A DNA stretch of 64,000 bases, from assembly GCA_964016885.1 (NCBI GenBank), contig CAXHJY010000151.1, positions 186,001-250,000 on the forward strand. Direction: 5' to 3'. This document shows, in pieces, positions 41,501 through 55,922 of the stretch. A program made the position numbers and the translations under genes. This DNA is from Eledone cirrhosa. Its lineage: Eukaryota. The notes beneath the pieces were generated by a model. It had not been told where the DNA came from. It made no database searches and worked only from the letters and a program-made list of their open reading frames with translations. The number at the start of each line of letters is the position of its first letter. Position 1 is the stretch's first letter.

Positions 41501-44500
41501 TATCAGATCGGGTTGAAAGGTATGGTTTCAGGTCGATCTGAAAGTCTAAAATGGAATTCACTCGGTTAGCTAACTATTGATATATCGGAGATATCTTTCT
41601 GAAAATCACACCACACACTCCCAATGAGTGTCTGCACATGTACCAGTAATTACAGATGGATCCCACCACGGGCGGCCGGCCCACGATCGAAAAGGTTACT
41701 CCGAAGCACACCATTCGCCGGCGGAATTCATTTAGCATGGGCAGTTTTTCTCGAAAATCACACCACACACAGCCAATGAGTGTCCGCACATGTACCAGTA
41801 ATTACAGATGGATCCCACCACGGGCGGCTGGCCCACGATCGAAAAGGTTACTCCGCCTGCAAACGGTCATTTTCGAATTCGTTTTCTTCGAAGCACACGA
41901 TTCGCCGGCGGACTTCAGCTGCCTCATTTAGCATGGGCAGTTTTTCTCGAAAATCACACCACACACAGCAAATGTGTGTCCGCACATGTACCAGTAATTA
42001 CAGATCGATTCCGGTGAAAATTCACTGAAAACGGGCCATTCGGCCCTGTGCGTCGATCGTGGGCCGGCCGGATGTTGACGGATCGATGTGTAATTAGAAG
42101 TACATGTGCGGACACTCATTGGCTGTGCGTGGTATGCATTTCAGCAAGATATCTCCGTAACATCAAGAGTTATGGCTGTGGAGGCACACCTAGTCAAACG
42201 TAAACAAGCTCTGGAGCGTATACGCTTCGCGATTTTGTTTACGTTTGACTAGGTGTGCCTCCACAGCCACAACTCTTGATGTTACGGAGATATCTTGCTG
42301 AAATGCATACCACGCACAGCCAATGAGTGTCCGCACATGTACTTCTAATTACACATCGATCCGTCAACATCCGGCCGGCCCACGATCGACGCACAGGGCC
42401 GGATGGCCCGTTTTCAGTGAATTTTCACCGGAATCGATCTGTAATTACTGGTACATGTGCGGACACACATTTGCTGTGTGTGGTGTGATTTTCACGAAAA
42501 ACTGCCCATGCTAAATGAGGAAGCTGAAGTCCGCCGGCGAATGGTGTGCTTCGAAGAAAACTAATTCGAAAATGACCGTTTGCAGGCGGAGTAACCTTTT
42601 CGATCGTGGGCCAGCCGCCCGTGGTGGGATACATCTGTAATTACTGGTACATGTGCGGACACACATTTGCTGTGTGTGGTGTGATTTTCGAGAAAGACTG
42701 CCCATGCTAAATGAGGAAGCTGAAGTCCGCCGGCGAATGGTGTGCTTCGAAGAAAACTAATTCGAAAATGACTATTTGCCGGCGGAATCACCTTTTCGGT
42801 CCTGGTCCGGCCGGATCTTGCCGGATCGATCGGAAATTTGTGGACCATGTTCGGAAGGCCATTGTGCATGTGTGGTGATAAAAATTTGTGTCGAAATCTT
42901 CTCGGAAAATAACGGATCGCCGGCGGAGATTGCCATTTCGATCGTGGGCCGGCCGGATCTTGTCGGATCGATTCGGACATATGTGCATCGTGTTCGCAAG
43001 GCCCTTGTCTATGTGTGGTGTGATTTTCATAAAGAAATTCCGAAAAACCCAGTTTTAAATCTGATTTCGCCAAAGAATTTTGGCTATCAGATCGGGTTGA
43101 AAGGTATGGTTTCAGGTCGATCTGAAAGTCTAAAATGGAATTCACTCGGTTAGCTAACTATTGATATATCGGAGATATCTTTCTGAAAATCACACCACAC
43201 ACTCCCAATGAGTGTCTGCACATGTACCAGTAATTACAGATGGATCCCACCACGGGCGGCCGGCCCACGATCGAAAAGGTTACTCCGAAGCACACCATTC
43301 GCCGGCGGAATTCATTTAGCATGGGCAGTTTTTCTCGAAAATCACACCACACACAGCCAATGAGTGTCCGCACATGTACCAGTAATTACAGATGGATCCC
43401 ACCACGGGCGGCTGGCCCACGATCGAAAAGGTTACTCCGCCTGCAAACGGTCATTTTCGAATTAGTTTTCTTCGAAGCACACCATTCGCCGGCGGACTTC
43501 AGCTTCCTCATTTAGCATGGGCAGTTTTTCTTGAAAATCACACCACACACAGCAAATGTGTGTCCGCACATGTACCAGTAATTACAGATCGATTCCGGTG
43601 AAAATTCACCGAAAACGGGCCATTCGGCCCTGTGCGTCGATCGTGGGCCGGCCGGATGTTGACGGATCGATGTGTAATTAGAAGTACATGTGCGGACACT
43701 CATTGGCTGTGCGTGGTATGCATTTCAGCAAGATATCTCCGTAACATCAAGAGTTATGGCTGTGGAGGCACACCTAGTCAAACGTAAACAAGCTCTGGAG
43801 CGTATACGCTTCGCGATTTTGTTTACGTTTGACTAGGTGTGCCTCCACAGCCACAACTCTTGATGTTACGGAGATATCTTGCTGAAATGCATACCACGCA
43901 CAGCCAATGAGTGTCCGCACATGTACTTCTAATTACACATCGATCCGTCAACATCCGGCCGGCCCACGATCGACGCACAGGGCCGGATGGCCCGTTTTCA
44001 GTGAATTTTCACCGGAATCGATCTGTAATTACTGGTACATGTGCGGACACACATTTGCTGTGTGTGGTGTGATTTTCACGAAAAACTGCCCATGCTAAAT
44101 GAGGAAGCTGAAGTCCGCCGGCGAATGGTGTGCTTCGAAGAAAACTAATTCGAAAATGACCGTTTGCAGGCGGAGTAACCTTTTCGATCGTGGGCCAGCC
44201 GCCCGTGGTGGGATACATCTGTAATTACTGGTACATGTGCGGACACACATTTGCTGTGTGTGGTGTGATTTTCGAGAAAGACTGCCCATGCTAAATGAGG
44301 AAGCTGAAGTCCGCCGGCGAATGGTGTGCTTCGAAGAAAACTAATTCGAAAATGACTATTTGCCGGCGGAATCACCTTTTCGGTCCTGGTCCGGCCGGAT
44401 CTTGCCGGATCGATCGGAAATTTGTGGACCATGTTCGGAAGGCCATTGTGCATGTGTGGTGATAAAAATTTGTGTCGAAATCTTCTCGGAAAATAACGGA

Positions 44501-45535
44501 TCGCCGGCGGAGATTGCCATTTCGATCGTGGGCCGGCCGGATCTTGTCGGATCGATTCGGACATATGTGCATCGTGTTCGCAAGGCCCTTGTCTATGTGT
44601 GGTGTGATTTTCATAAAGAAATTCCGAAAAACCCAGTTTTAAATCTGATTTCGCCAAAGAATTTTGGCTATCAGATCGGGTTGAAAGGTATGGTTTCAGG
44701 TCGATCTGAAAGTCTAAAATGGAATTCACTCGGTTAGCTAACTATTGATATATCGGAGATATCTTTCTGAAAATCACACCACACACTCCCAATGAGTGTC
44801 TGCACATGTACCAGTAATTACAGATGGATCCCACCACGGGCGGCCGGCCCACGATCGAAAAGGTTACTCCGAAGCACACCATTCGCCGGCGGAATTCATT
44901 TAGCATGGGCAGTTTTTCTCGAAAATCACACCACACACAGCCAATGAGTGTCCGCACATGTACCAGTAATTACAGATGGATCCCACCACGGGCGGCTGGC
45001 CCACGATCGAAAAGGTTACTCCGCCTGCAAACGGTCATTTTCGAATTAGTTTTCTTCGAAGCACACCATTCGCCGGCGGACTTCAGCTTCCTCATTTAGC
45101 ATGGGCAGTTTTTCTTGAAAATCACACCACACACAGCAAATGTGTGTCCGCACATGTACCAGTAATTACAGATCGATTCCGGTGAAAATTCACCGAAAAC
45201 GGGCCATTCGGCCCTGTGCGTCGATCGTGGGCCGGCCGGATGTTGACGGATCGATGTGTAATTAGAAGTACATGTGCGGACACTCATTGGCTGTGCGTGG
45301 TATGCATTTCAGCAAGATATCTCCGTAACATCATGAGTTATGGCTGTGGAGGCACACCTAGTCAAACGTAAACAAGGTCTGGAGCGTTTACGCTTCGCGA
45401 TTTTGTTTACGTTTGACTAGGTGTGCCTCCACAGCCACAACTCTTGATGTTACGGAGATATCTTGCTGAAATTCATACCACGCACAGCCAATGAGTGTCC
45501 GCACATGTACCTGTAATTACACATCGATCCGACGA
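38535..45535. repeat. 1584-bp higher-order satellite of inverted 196/152-bp monomers, array 1
   Basis: ORF periodicity 1780 (=1584+196), 1584, 1584. Palindrome centres at ~38857, 40637, 42221, 43805, 45389. Confidence 0.95.
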
Positions 45536-45616
45536 CGGACAGAGTATTCGGTTTATTTTCTTGACATATTTCTTTACATATTGTCCAGGCATGCACTTTT
45601 TCCATGATTAGTTCTG

Positions 45617-45673
45617 TTGACGGCCCGCTTTCCAAAATACCTTATCCTGTGCAACGCCGGGTACCACTGCTAG
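45617..45673 (+). mobile_element. Helitron 3' terminus
   Basis: cctgtgcaacgccggg-taccactg-CTAG|TATAT; homologous to the reverse complement of 5280-5340. Confidence 0.75.
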
Positions 45674-45890
45674 TATATATATGTGTATGTATATATATAT
45701 ATATATTGGTAAACGGAATAGAAAATTGTGACAAATTGTTCACAGTGAAAAATAGTTTAATTAGGAATAAGTTATAATTAGTAATAGTATTGGTTAGTAT
45801 TAAGTTTTGGTTTTAAGTTTTACCGGTTGCGCATTTCTAATGCTTTTCAAAAATAATTTTGAGATAGAGCGTCCGTGATGTTTGCTCTGA

Positions 45891-45930
<40 letters not shown>

Positions 45931-46069
45931 AACAGTAGAAAGGAAAAAGATTTTTTCAGTAGAAATTGCTGAAGAGATTCTTTCAGTGTAATTTCAAAAC
46001 ATTAATTTATTTATAAAGTGGATATTTCCACATTTAATAATGGCACTGGGTTCAGCATTATATACATTG

Positions 46070-46345
46070 TCAATTGTGGATTCTACTTTTGGCACAAGGG
46101 CTGCAATTATCCAGTACATTACTGGTACTTTATTATTTATACAAATAATAATTGTTTCTACTTTTGGCACAAGGGCAGCAATTACCCAGTACATTACTGG
46201 TACTTTATTATTTATACAAATAATAATTGTTTCTACTTTAGGCACAAGGTCAGCAATTACCCAGTACATTACTGGTACTTTATTATTTATACAAATAATA
46301 ATTGTTTCTACTTTAGGCACAAGGTCAGCAATTACCCCAGTACTT
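46070..46345. repeat. 75-bp tandem repeat (~3.5 copies) derived from the SINE 3' half
   Basis: ttctacttt.ggcacaagg at 46081, 46156, 46231, 46306; runs into a minus-strand SINE. Confidence 0.85.
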
Positions 46346-46429
46346 TATTTTATCGACCCCGTAAGGATGAAAGAAAAGTTAACCTCAACGGGATTTGAAC
46401 TCAGTCTGTAAAGGGAGGTAACTGCTGGA

Positions 46430-49317
46430 TTAATTTGGTTAATTAAGTTAACAGAAATTATGAACCGGTTTCTACAGAGCCTTCTGGACATTTAACCCTT
46501 TAGCATTTAAACCAGCCATACCTAGCCAGAATACTCTCACATCTTTCTGTTCAAACCAGCCATAACTGGCCACTCATACTGACGTTAAGGTATTGTTCTC
46601 AATATAAATAATATCAAAATCTCATAGATTCGATATTATATGAGATAATTATGTAAGATAAAGCCTTTACCACAAAAATACAATAGTATATATAGAGTAA
46701 TAAAAATGCTAAAGGGTAAAAGTAGCTTATTATTTTGTGAGCTCTTGCTACTTATTGCTCTTGTGCATCAAGAACATACACAGCTTACATTTTGTTGCTA
46801 ATCTCACTGAGATCCAACTACATCTCTTGTTTATCCATAGTTTGGAATTTCTACCTACTCCTTTCCTTTAGAATGATCAAGGCCATTTTCTTGTGGGGAT
46901 CTAGGCCCTGTTTTCCTTTCTATTTTGCCAAGTTATCTTACATCACTTTCATTCTAGACCATGCTTCCAGGTTTGGAATTTCTCCTCTAATTTTACCACA
47001 GATTAAGTGACAAGGGTTCAATCATGTGCATACAGGAGTTCCCATGGACAGCCAGTAATATGTAATAGCCTGCAGGATGATAATAAACAGAAGAGGGTTA
47101 ATTACAGAGCCCTGATAGAGGGTTAATAACAGAGCCCTGATAGACTTGTTCACTCAACTCCTCACTATAGCCATCATTACTTTTAACCTTACTGACTGCT
47201 CCTCCATACATGGCTTTTACTGCTCTCACAAGCCACTCATATACCCCTAGTTTTCTAAGTTATACACCAGATTAGGGAAGGGGGAAGTCTCACAGAAGCT
47301 CTCTCTGGGTCAACAAATGCCAAGTAGAGGGGCTTATTTTAGCTAGGTACTACTCTTGCAGTTGCCACACAAGGAAGAGGACATCAGTGGTACTTTTACC
47401 TGGCACAAATCCAAACTTCATCTCATCTAGGTTAACTTGGTCCCTAATCAGCTGTGTTATAAATCTAACACCTTCATGAAGTGGTCCATCTAATATCTCT
47501 ATAGTTTTCTAGCTCTAGTACATCTCCTTTGCCCTTGTAGCAGTTGATGATGATGATACTACACCATTTATTTGGTATGACACCATTTTGTATTACATGC
47601 TGTACGATACCAGTGGTTAAGATGTGACCCACCATCCCAGATACTTTCAGTATCTCAGCAACTATCACCAATGGACAAGATACTTTCTCTGTCTTCATAT
47701 CCTTAATTACCTTACTTCATATCCTTAATTACCTTACTGCTTACTTGTATGGCTGGACCCTCTGTTGGGCCCACTTTCCGTAGACTATCTTCCTCCCATG
47801 CATTCTCCTCATTCAGTAATCTTTCATAAAGGCATTTCCATGTTACAAAGGTTGGCTGAAAAGTTCATAGACTATCAATGATAGCATGATGCTAGAGCTG
47901 TGAAATCTTGCCTGCATTAATTTCAACTCTTCTTATTAATAACTGCATTGTTTCCTTCCAGGGACTATGTTGAAAAATAAACCTCATTTGGTCATTCCAT
48001 GAGTGTATCTTGGTCTGCCTATGAACTTTTCAGCTGACCCTATTCAGCATCAGTGAGCCCAAATGCCCCATTATCATCCTGGACACACTTTACCCCAACA
48101 TCACAATTTGCCCTCACACACTGCCTCACAATCCTGAACATCTCATGTATTTCATCCTCACATCATAAAACCAACTGAAATTATATATTCTCTGCTTCCC
48201 TCCTTGCAAAGAATACTTCTTGCCTAGCTTCCTGTAGTGTACCCTCCAGCTGCCTCCATTCTGCCATTATTCCATGCCTGTCTCTTGGCCTTAACTGTCT
48301 CATCTACCCTAGTGTTTCACCACCAAGATACTCTCCTCTCTGAAGCCCTGCTCCAGCCACAGATCTAGTTTGACACCTTCAGCAAAGGTTCTTTAAGGAA
48401 CTCCCACTGTTCCCCTATATTGTATGTTTCTATTTGTTCTTCCTTACTGTTGTAAAGATCAAACAAAATATCTCTAAATTTGGAACTGGCTGAGGGGTCC
48501 TTTAACTTCCATATCCTTCTCCTCCAAGTTGCCCTCAGTCTTCAAGTTCATCTAAGTCTATGAAATCACTAACTACTGGGTTATGTTGGGAGGTGCATTC
48601 TTCCCCAGGGGGTGGGGATTGTGTGTTTACAAATGTCAATATCTCATCTTCTGGTGAGGATAAAAATCTGACTGGCATGCTCCTCTGACCAATAGGTGTT
48701 GAAGTGGTTGTCGGGTAAACGTTAAGACCCTCTGATATACATATATATATATATACTAGCAGTGGTACCCGGCGTTGCACGGGATAACGTATTTCGGAAC
48801 GCGGGCCGCCATCTTCCACTTCAGCCGGTCGCCCTAAAGTGTTGGCTATTCAGTCTACTTGAGGCCAGTTGGTGAGGGGGGGTAAAGCTTTCAGTGTGCT
48901 ACTACCCTCACGGTCAAATAGAAAGGGAGAGGAAGAAAAGTCAGCGTTAATATCGTGCTACACGTTTGAAAGGTTGGATGACCTTAGAGTTCACCAGGGT
49001 GGGGGGTTCTAAAAGTATCTATCTTGGTATTTTATCTTAGAAGTAATCATTACAGAGTGTACTGGGTGTATTTTAGTGGGCAGTAATTCCATAAAGAACA
49101 CAGTATAATCTGTGGACACAAGCCTTGCAGTGTGATTACAGGCAGGTTAATGGGAAAGATAGATTATATATGTGACATGATGTACATGAGAAGTGAGGAC
49201 ACAGACCACACATGAAATAGATTCCTACAACTGTCAGGGAGGCTCCCTAGAATTACAGATGACATATTTCAATATCTCGGTGATCAAGTTAGCAGTGGAG
49301 GAAGAATCTCTAAAAGT
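46430..49317 (+). repeat. Fourth (partial) copy of the composite segment
   Basis: Matches 13555 onward, then the equivalent of 5280-5841; cut by satellite array 2. Confidence 0.95.
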
Positions 49318-52300
49318 CACACCACACACAGCCAATGAGTGTCCGCACATGTACCAGTAATTACAGATGGATCCCACCACGGGCGGCTGGCCCACGATCG
49401 AAAAGGTTACTCCGCCTGCAAACGGTCATTTTCGAATTCGTTTTCTTCGAAGCACACGATTCGCCGGCGGACTTCAGCTGCCTCATTTAGCATGGGCAGT
49501 TTTTCTCGAAAATCACACCACACACAGCAAATGTGTGTCCGCACATGTACCAGTAATTACAGATCGATTCCGGTGAAAATTCACTGAAAACGGGCCATTC
49601 GGCCCTGTGCGTCGATCGTGGGCCGGCCGGATGTTGACGGATCGATGTGTAATTAGAAGTACATGTGCGGACACTCATTGGCTGTGCGTGGTATGCATTT
49701 CAGCAAGATATCTCCGTAACATCAAGAGTTATGGCTGTGGAGGCACACCTAGTCAAACGTAAACAAGCTCTGGAGCGTATACGCTTCGCGATTTTGTTTA
49801 CGTTTGACTAGGTGTGCCTCCACAGCCACAACTCTTGATGTTACGGAGATATCTTGCTGAAATGCATACCACGCACAGCCAATGAGTGTCCGCACATGTA
49901 CTTCTAATTACACATCGATCCGTCAACATCCGGCCGGCCCACGATCGGCGCACAGGGCCGGATGGCCCGTTTTCAGTGAATTTTCACCGGAATCGATCTG
50001 TAATTACTGGTACATGTGCGGACACACATTTGCTGTGTGTGGTGTGATTTTCAAGAAGAACTGCCCATGCTAAATGAGGAAGCTGAAGTCCGCCGGCGAA
50101 TGGTGTGCTTCGAAGAAAACTAATTCGAAAATGACCGTTTGCAGGCGGGGTAACCTTTTCGATCGTGGGCCAGCCGCCCGTGGTGGGATCCATCTGTAAT
50201 TACTGGTACATGTGCGGACACACATTTGCTGTGTGTGGTGTGATTTTCGAGAAAGACTGCCCATGCTAAATGAGGAAGCTGAAGTCCGCCGGCGAATGGT
50301 GTGCTTCGAAGAAAACTAATTCGAAAATGACTATTTGCCGGCGGAATCACCTTTTCGGTCCTGGTCCGGCCGGATCTTGCCGGATCGATCGGAAATTTGT
50401 GGACCATGTTCGGAAGGCCATTGTGCATGTGTGGTGAAAAAAATTTGTGTCGAAATCTTCTCGGAAAATAACGGATCGCCGGCGGAGATTGCCATTTCGA
50501 TCGTGGGCCGGCCGGATCTTGTCGGATCGATTCGGACATATGTGCATCGTGTTCGCAAGGCCCTTGTCTATGTGTGGTGTGATTTTCATAAAGAAATTCC
50601 GAAAAACCCAGTTTTAAATCTGATTTCGCCAAAGAATTTTGGCTATCAGATCGGGTTGAAAGGTATGGTTTCAGGTCGATCTGAAAGTCTAAAATGGAAT
50701 TCACTCGGTTAGCTAACTATTGATATATCGGAGCTATCTTTCTGAAAATCACACCACACACTCCCAATGAGTGTCTGCACATGTACCAGTAATTACAGAT
50801 GGATCCCACCACGGGCGGCCGGCCCACGATCGAAAAGGTTACTCCGAAGCACACCATTCGCCGGCGGAATTCATTTAGCATGGGCAGTTTTTCTCGAAAA
50901 TCACACCACACACAGCCAATGAGTGTCCGCACATGTACCAGTAATTACAGATGGATCCCACCACGGGCGGCTGGCCCACGATCGAAAAGGTTACTCCGCC
51001 TGCAAACGGTCATTTTCGAATTCGTTTTCTTCGAAGCACACGATTCGCCGGCGGACTTCAGCTGCCTCATTTAGCATGGGCAGTTTTTCTCGAAAATCAC
51101 ACCACACACAGCAAATGTGTGTCCGCACATGTACCAGTAATTACAGATCGATTCCGGTGAAAATTCACTGAAAACGGGCCATTCGGCCCTGTGCGTCGAT
51201 CGTGGGCCGGCCGGATGTTGACGGATCGATGTGTAATTAGAAGTACATGTGCGGACACTCATTGGCTGTGCGTGGTATGCATTTCAGCAAGATATCTCCG
51301 TAACATCAAGAGTTATGGCTGTGGAGGCACACCTAGTCAAACGTAAACAAGCTCTGGAGCGTATACGCTTCGCGATTTTGTTTACGTTTGACTAGGTGTG
51401 CCTCCACAGCCACAACTCTTGATGTTACGGAGATATCTTGCTGAAATGCATACCACGCACAGCCAATGAGTGTCCGCACATGTACTTCTAATTACACATC
51501 GATCCGTCAACATCCGGCCGGCCCACGATCGACGCACAGGGCCGGATGGCCCGTTTTCAGTGAATTTTCACCGGAATCGATCTGTAATTACTGGTACATG
51601 TGCGGACACACATTTGCTGTGTGTGGTGTGATTTTCACGAAAAACTGCCCATGCTAAATGAGGAAGCTGAAGTCCGCCGGCGAATGGTGTGCTTCGAAGA
51701 AAACTAATTCGAAAATGACCGTTTGCAGGCGGAGTAACCTTTTCGATCGTGGGCCAGCCGCCCGTATTGGGATACATCTGTAATTACTGGTACATGTGCG
51801 GACACACATTTGCTGTGTGTGGTGTGATTTTCGAGAAAGACTGCCCATGCTAAATGAGGAAGCTGAAGTCCGCCGGCGAATGGTGTGCTTCGAAGAAAAC
51901 TAATTCGAAAATGACTATTTGCCGGCGGAATCACCTTTTCGGTCCTGGTCCGGCCGGATCTTGCCGGATCGATCGGAAATTTGTGGACCATGTTCGGAAG
52001 GCCATTGTGCATGTGTGGTGAAAAAAATTTGTGTCGAAATCTTCTCGGAAAATAACGGATCGCCGGCGGAGATTGCCATTTCGATCGTGGGCCGGCCGGA
52101 TCTTGTCGGATCGATTCGGACATATGTGCATCGTGTTCGCAAGGCCCTTGTCTATGTGTGGTGTGATTTTCATAAAGAAATTCCGAAAAACCCAGTTTTA
52201 AATCTGATTTCGCCAAAGAATTTTGGCTATCAGATCGGGTTGAAAGGTATGGTTTCAGGTCGATCTGAAAGTCTAAAATGGAATTCACTCGGTTAGCTAA

Positions 52301-54142
52301 CTTTTGATATATCGGAGATATCTTTCTGAAAATCACACCACACACTCCCAATGAGTGTCTGCACATGTACCAGTAATTACAGATGGATCCCACCACGGGC
52401 GGCCGGCCCACGATCGAAAAGGTTACTCCGAAGCACACCATTCGCCGGCGGAATTCATTTAGCATGGGCAGTTTTTCTCGAAAATCACACCACACACAGC
52501 CAATGAGTGTCCGCACATGTACCAGTAATTACAGATGGATCCCACCACGGGCGGCTGGCCCACGATCGAAAAGGTTACTCCGCCTGCAAACGGTCATTTT
52601 CGAATTCGTTTTCTTCGAAGCACACGATTCGCCGGCGGACTTCAGCTGCCTCATTTAGCATGGGCAGTTTTTCTCGAAAATCACACCACACACAGCAAAT
52701 GTGTGTCCGCACATGTACCAGTAATTACAGATCGATTCCGGTGAAAATTCACTGAAAACGGGCCATTCGGCCCTGTGCGTCGATCGTGGGCCGGCCGGAT
52801 GTTGACGGATCGATGTGTAATTAGAAGTACATGTGCGGACACTCATTGGCTGTGCCTGGTATGCATTTCAGCAAGATATCTCCGTAACATCAAGAGTTAT
52901 GGCTGTGGAGGCACACCTAGTCAAACGTAAACAAGCTCTGGAGTGTATACGCTTCGCGATTTTGTTTACGTTTGACTAGGTGTGCCTCCACAGCCACAAC
53001 TCTTGATGTTACGGAGATATCTTGCTGAAATGCATACCACGCACAGCCAATGAGTGTCCGCACATGTACTCTAATTACACATCGATCCGTCAACATCCGG
53101 CCGGCTCACGATCGACGCACAGGGCCGGATGGCCCGTTTTCAGTGAATTTTCACCGGAATCGATCTGTAATTACTGGTACATGTGCGGACACACATTTGC
53201 TGTGTGTGGTGTGATTTTCACGAAAAACTGCCCATGCTAAATGAGGAAGCTGAAGTCCGCCGGCGAATGGTGTGCTTCGAAGAAAACTAATTCGAAAATG
53301 ACCGTTTGCAGGCGGAGTAACCTTTTCGATCGTGGGCCAGCCGCCCGTGGTGGGATACATCTGTAATTACTGGTACATGTGCGGACACACATTTGCTGTG
53401 TGTGGTGTGATTTTCGAGAAAGACTGCCCATGCTAAATGAGGAAGCTGAAGTCCGCCGGCGAATGGTGTGCTTCGAAGAAAACTAATTCGAAAATGACTA
53501 TTTGCCGGCGGAATCACCTTTTCGGTCCTGGTCCGGCCGGATCTTGTCGGATCGATTCGGACATATGTGCATCGTGTTCGCAAGGCCCTTGTCTATGTGT
53601 GGTGTGATTTTCATAAAGAAATTCTGAAAAACCCAGTTTTAAATCTGATTTCGCCAAAGAATTTTGGGTATCAGATCGGGTTGAAAGGTATGGTTTCAGG
53701 TCGATCTGAAAGTTTAAAATGGAATTCACTCGGTTAGTTAACTTTTGATATATCGGAGATATCTTTCTGAAAATCACACCACACACTCCCAATGAGTGTC
53801 TGCACATGTCCCAGTAATTACAGATGGATCCCACCACGGGCGGCCGGCCCACGATCGAAAAGGTTACTCCGAAGCACACCATTCGCCGGCGGACTTCATT
53901 TAGCATGGGCAGTTTTTCTTGAAGATCACACCACACACAGCCAATCAGTGTCCGCACATGTACCAGTAATTACAGATGGATCCCACTACGGGCGGCTGGC
54001 CCACGATCGAAAAGGTTACTCCGCCTGCAAACGGTCATTTTCGAATTCGTTTTCTTCGAAGCACACGATTCGCCGGCGGACTTCAGCTGCCTCATTTAGC
54101 ATGGGCAGCTTTTCTCGAAAATCACACCACACACAGCAAATG
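49318..54142. repeat. 1584-bp inverted higher-order satellite, array 2 (~3 units)
   Basis: Palindrome centres at ~49780, 51364, 52948. The last unit is internally deleted and more diverged. Confidence 0.95.
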
Positions 54143-54189
54143 AGTTTAAAATACTCACCGTTTGATTTGGAAAAACTTAAAATGCTCAC

Positions 54190-54216
54190 ATATATATGTG
54201 TATGTATTTATCTATG

Positions 54217-54264
<48 letters not shown>

Positions 54265-54349
54265 TGTATTTATCTATGTATTTATCTATATGCATGGATA
54301 TATATATATATATATATATATTTATCTATGTATTTATCTATATGCATGG

Positions 54350-54381
<32 letters not shown>

Positions 54382-54702
54382 TTATCTATGCATGTATGAA
54401 TATATAAAATATATATATATATATATGTGTGTATGTATTTATCTATGCATGTATGAATATATAAAATATATATATATATATATATGTATGTATTTATCTA
54501 TGCATGTATATATATATAAAATATATACATAAATATATATATATATGTATTTATCTATGCATGTGTGCATACATATATATATATATATGTATTTATCTAT
54601 ACATGTATGTATATATATATATACATATATATGTATTTATCTATACATGTATGTATATATATATATATATATATGTATATAAGTATTTATCTATACATGT
54701 AT

Positions 54703-54735
<33 letters not shown>

Positions 54736-54770
54736 AGTATTTATCTATACATGTATGTATATATAAAATA
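54190..54770. repeat. AT-rich compound microsatellite (gtatttatctatgcatg + (TA)n)
   Basis: Seen directly. Confidence 0.9.
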
Positions 54771-54854
54771 TTGTCATGTTTACAAAAATATTTTTCTAAT
54801 ATCGTGTTTAATATTTTATATTGTCGTCTGCTTCTCTTCTCACGTGGTTACTTA

Positions 54855-55280
54855 CTCTCTCACCCTCTCTCTCTTTCCCCTCTCATACAACCCCTTCTTT
54901 CTCTTTCTTTCCCCTCTCACACAACCTCTTCTTTCTCTCTCTTTTTGCCAGTCCCTTCTCTCACTCTCTCTCCCTCTTCCTTTTTTATCTCTTTCTTTCT
55001 GTCTCTGTTTCCCTCCTATAGACATTCTCTCTCTCTCTTTCTGCTCTCACTCAGCCTTCTCTCTCTCTCTCTCTCTTTCCCCTCTCACACAGTCTTCTCT
55101 CTCTCTCTTTCCCCTCTCACACAGCATTCTCTCTCTCTCTCTCTCTCTCTTTCCCCTCTCACACAGCATTCTCTCTCTCTCTCTCTCTCTTTCCCCTCTC
55201 ACACAGCATTCTCTCTCTCTCTCTCTCTTTATTTCCCCTCTCACACAGCCTTCTCTCTCTATCTATCTATCTCTCTCTCT
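54855..55280. repeat. Polypyrimidine minisatellite (ttcccctctcacacagca + (CT)n)
   Basis: Seen directly. Confidence 0.85.
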
Positions 55281-55559
55281 GGAGATTTTTTAACACAAAG
55301 TCACACAAGGATTAGAAAAATGGCGATAATCACTTTGAAAGTAACAATTATGCAATAAATAGTTGTTATTGCCACGTCTCGTATCCTCCTTTGGCAATGT
55401 GTAAAATGTTAGCGAGATCGAGTGAACAATACACAAGTTATAATACTTTACAGACGGGACTTATACAGTAGATGTAGCAAAATGCGTAGATTACGATTCT
55501 TGAGACGAGATTAAAATATACGATTATGGGATACTTTAAGAAGACGAGTAGATGTTTGA

Positions 55560-55922
55560 GTAGATTTAGCTGCTTTTTCTAGCATTTTTAGTTATACTTT
55601 GAAGCACATTTTTTTTGTTACTATTATATTAAAAGTTATCTGGTTACGTTATTTGACTGGTATTTCTAGCATTTTACAAGGACCACGTGTGTGTTTTATT
55701 TAAGGAAGATCTAGTTGTTATTTCTGATATTTTCTTCATCAAGTTAGTTGCTATTTCCTGCATCCTCTTGAAGACAAGAAATAATAATGAATTAGCTGCT
55801 GTTTCTAGTAGGTTCTATGGTAGTGATGAGCGTGGGAGGGAGGTTTGACTGCTATTTTTAGCAGGTTCTAAGGCATTGAGGTTTATGTTTTACGAGAGAT
55901 TTGGCTGTTATTTCTAACATGT
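55560..55922. repeat. Old minisatellite with ttagctgctatttctagca core (~7 copies)
   Basis: Degenerate motif recurring every ~35-90 bp. Confidence 0.55.

Noticed and set aside
39393-53957. Recurrent 125-270-aa ORFs in the 1584-bp satellite
   Set aside because: They overlap on both strands, are internally repetitive and have no recognisable domain. SNPs open and close them at random.
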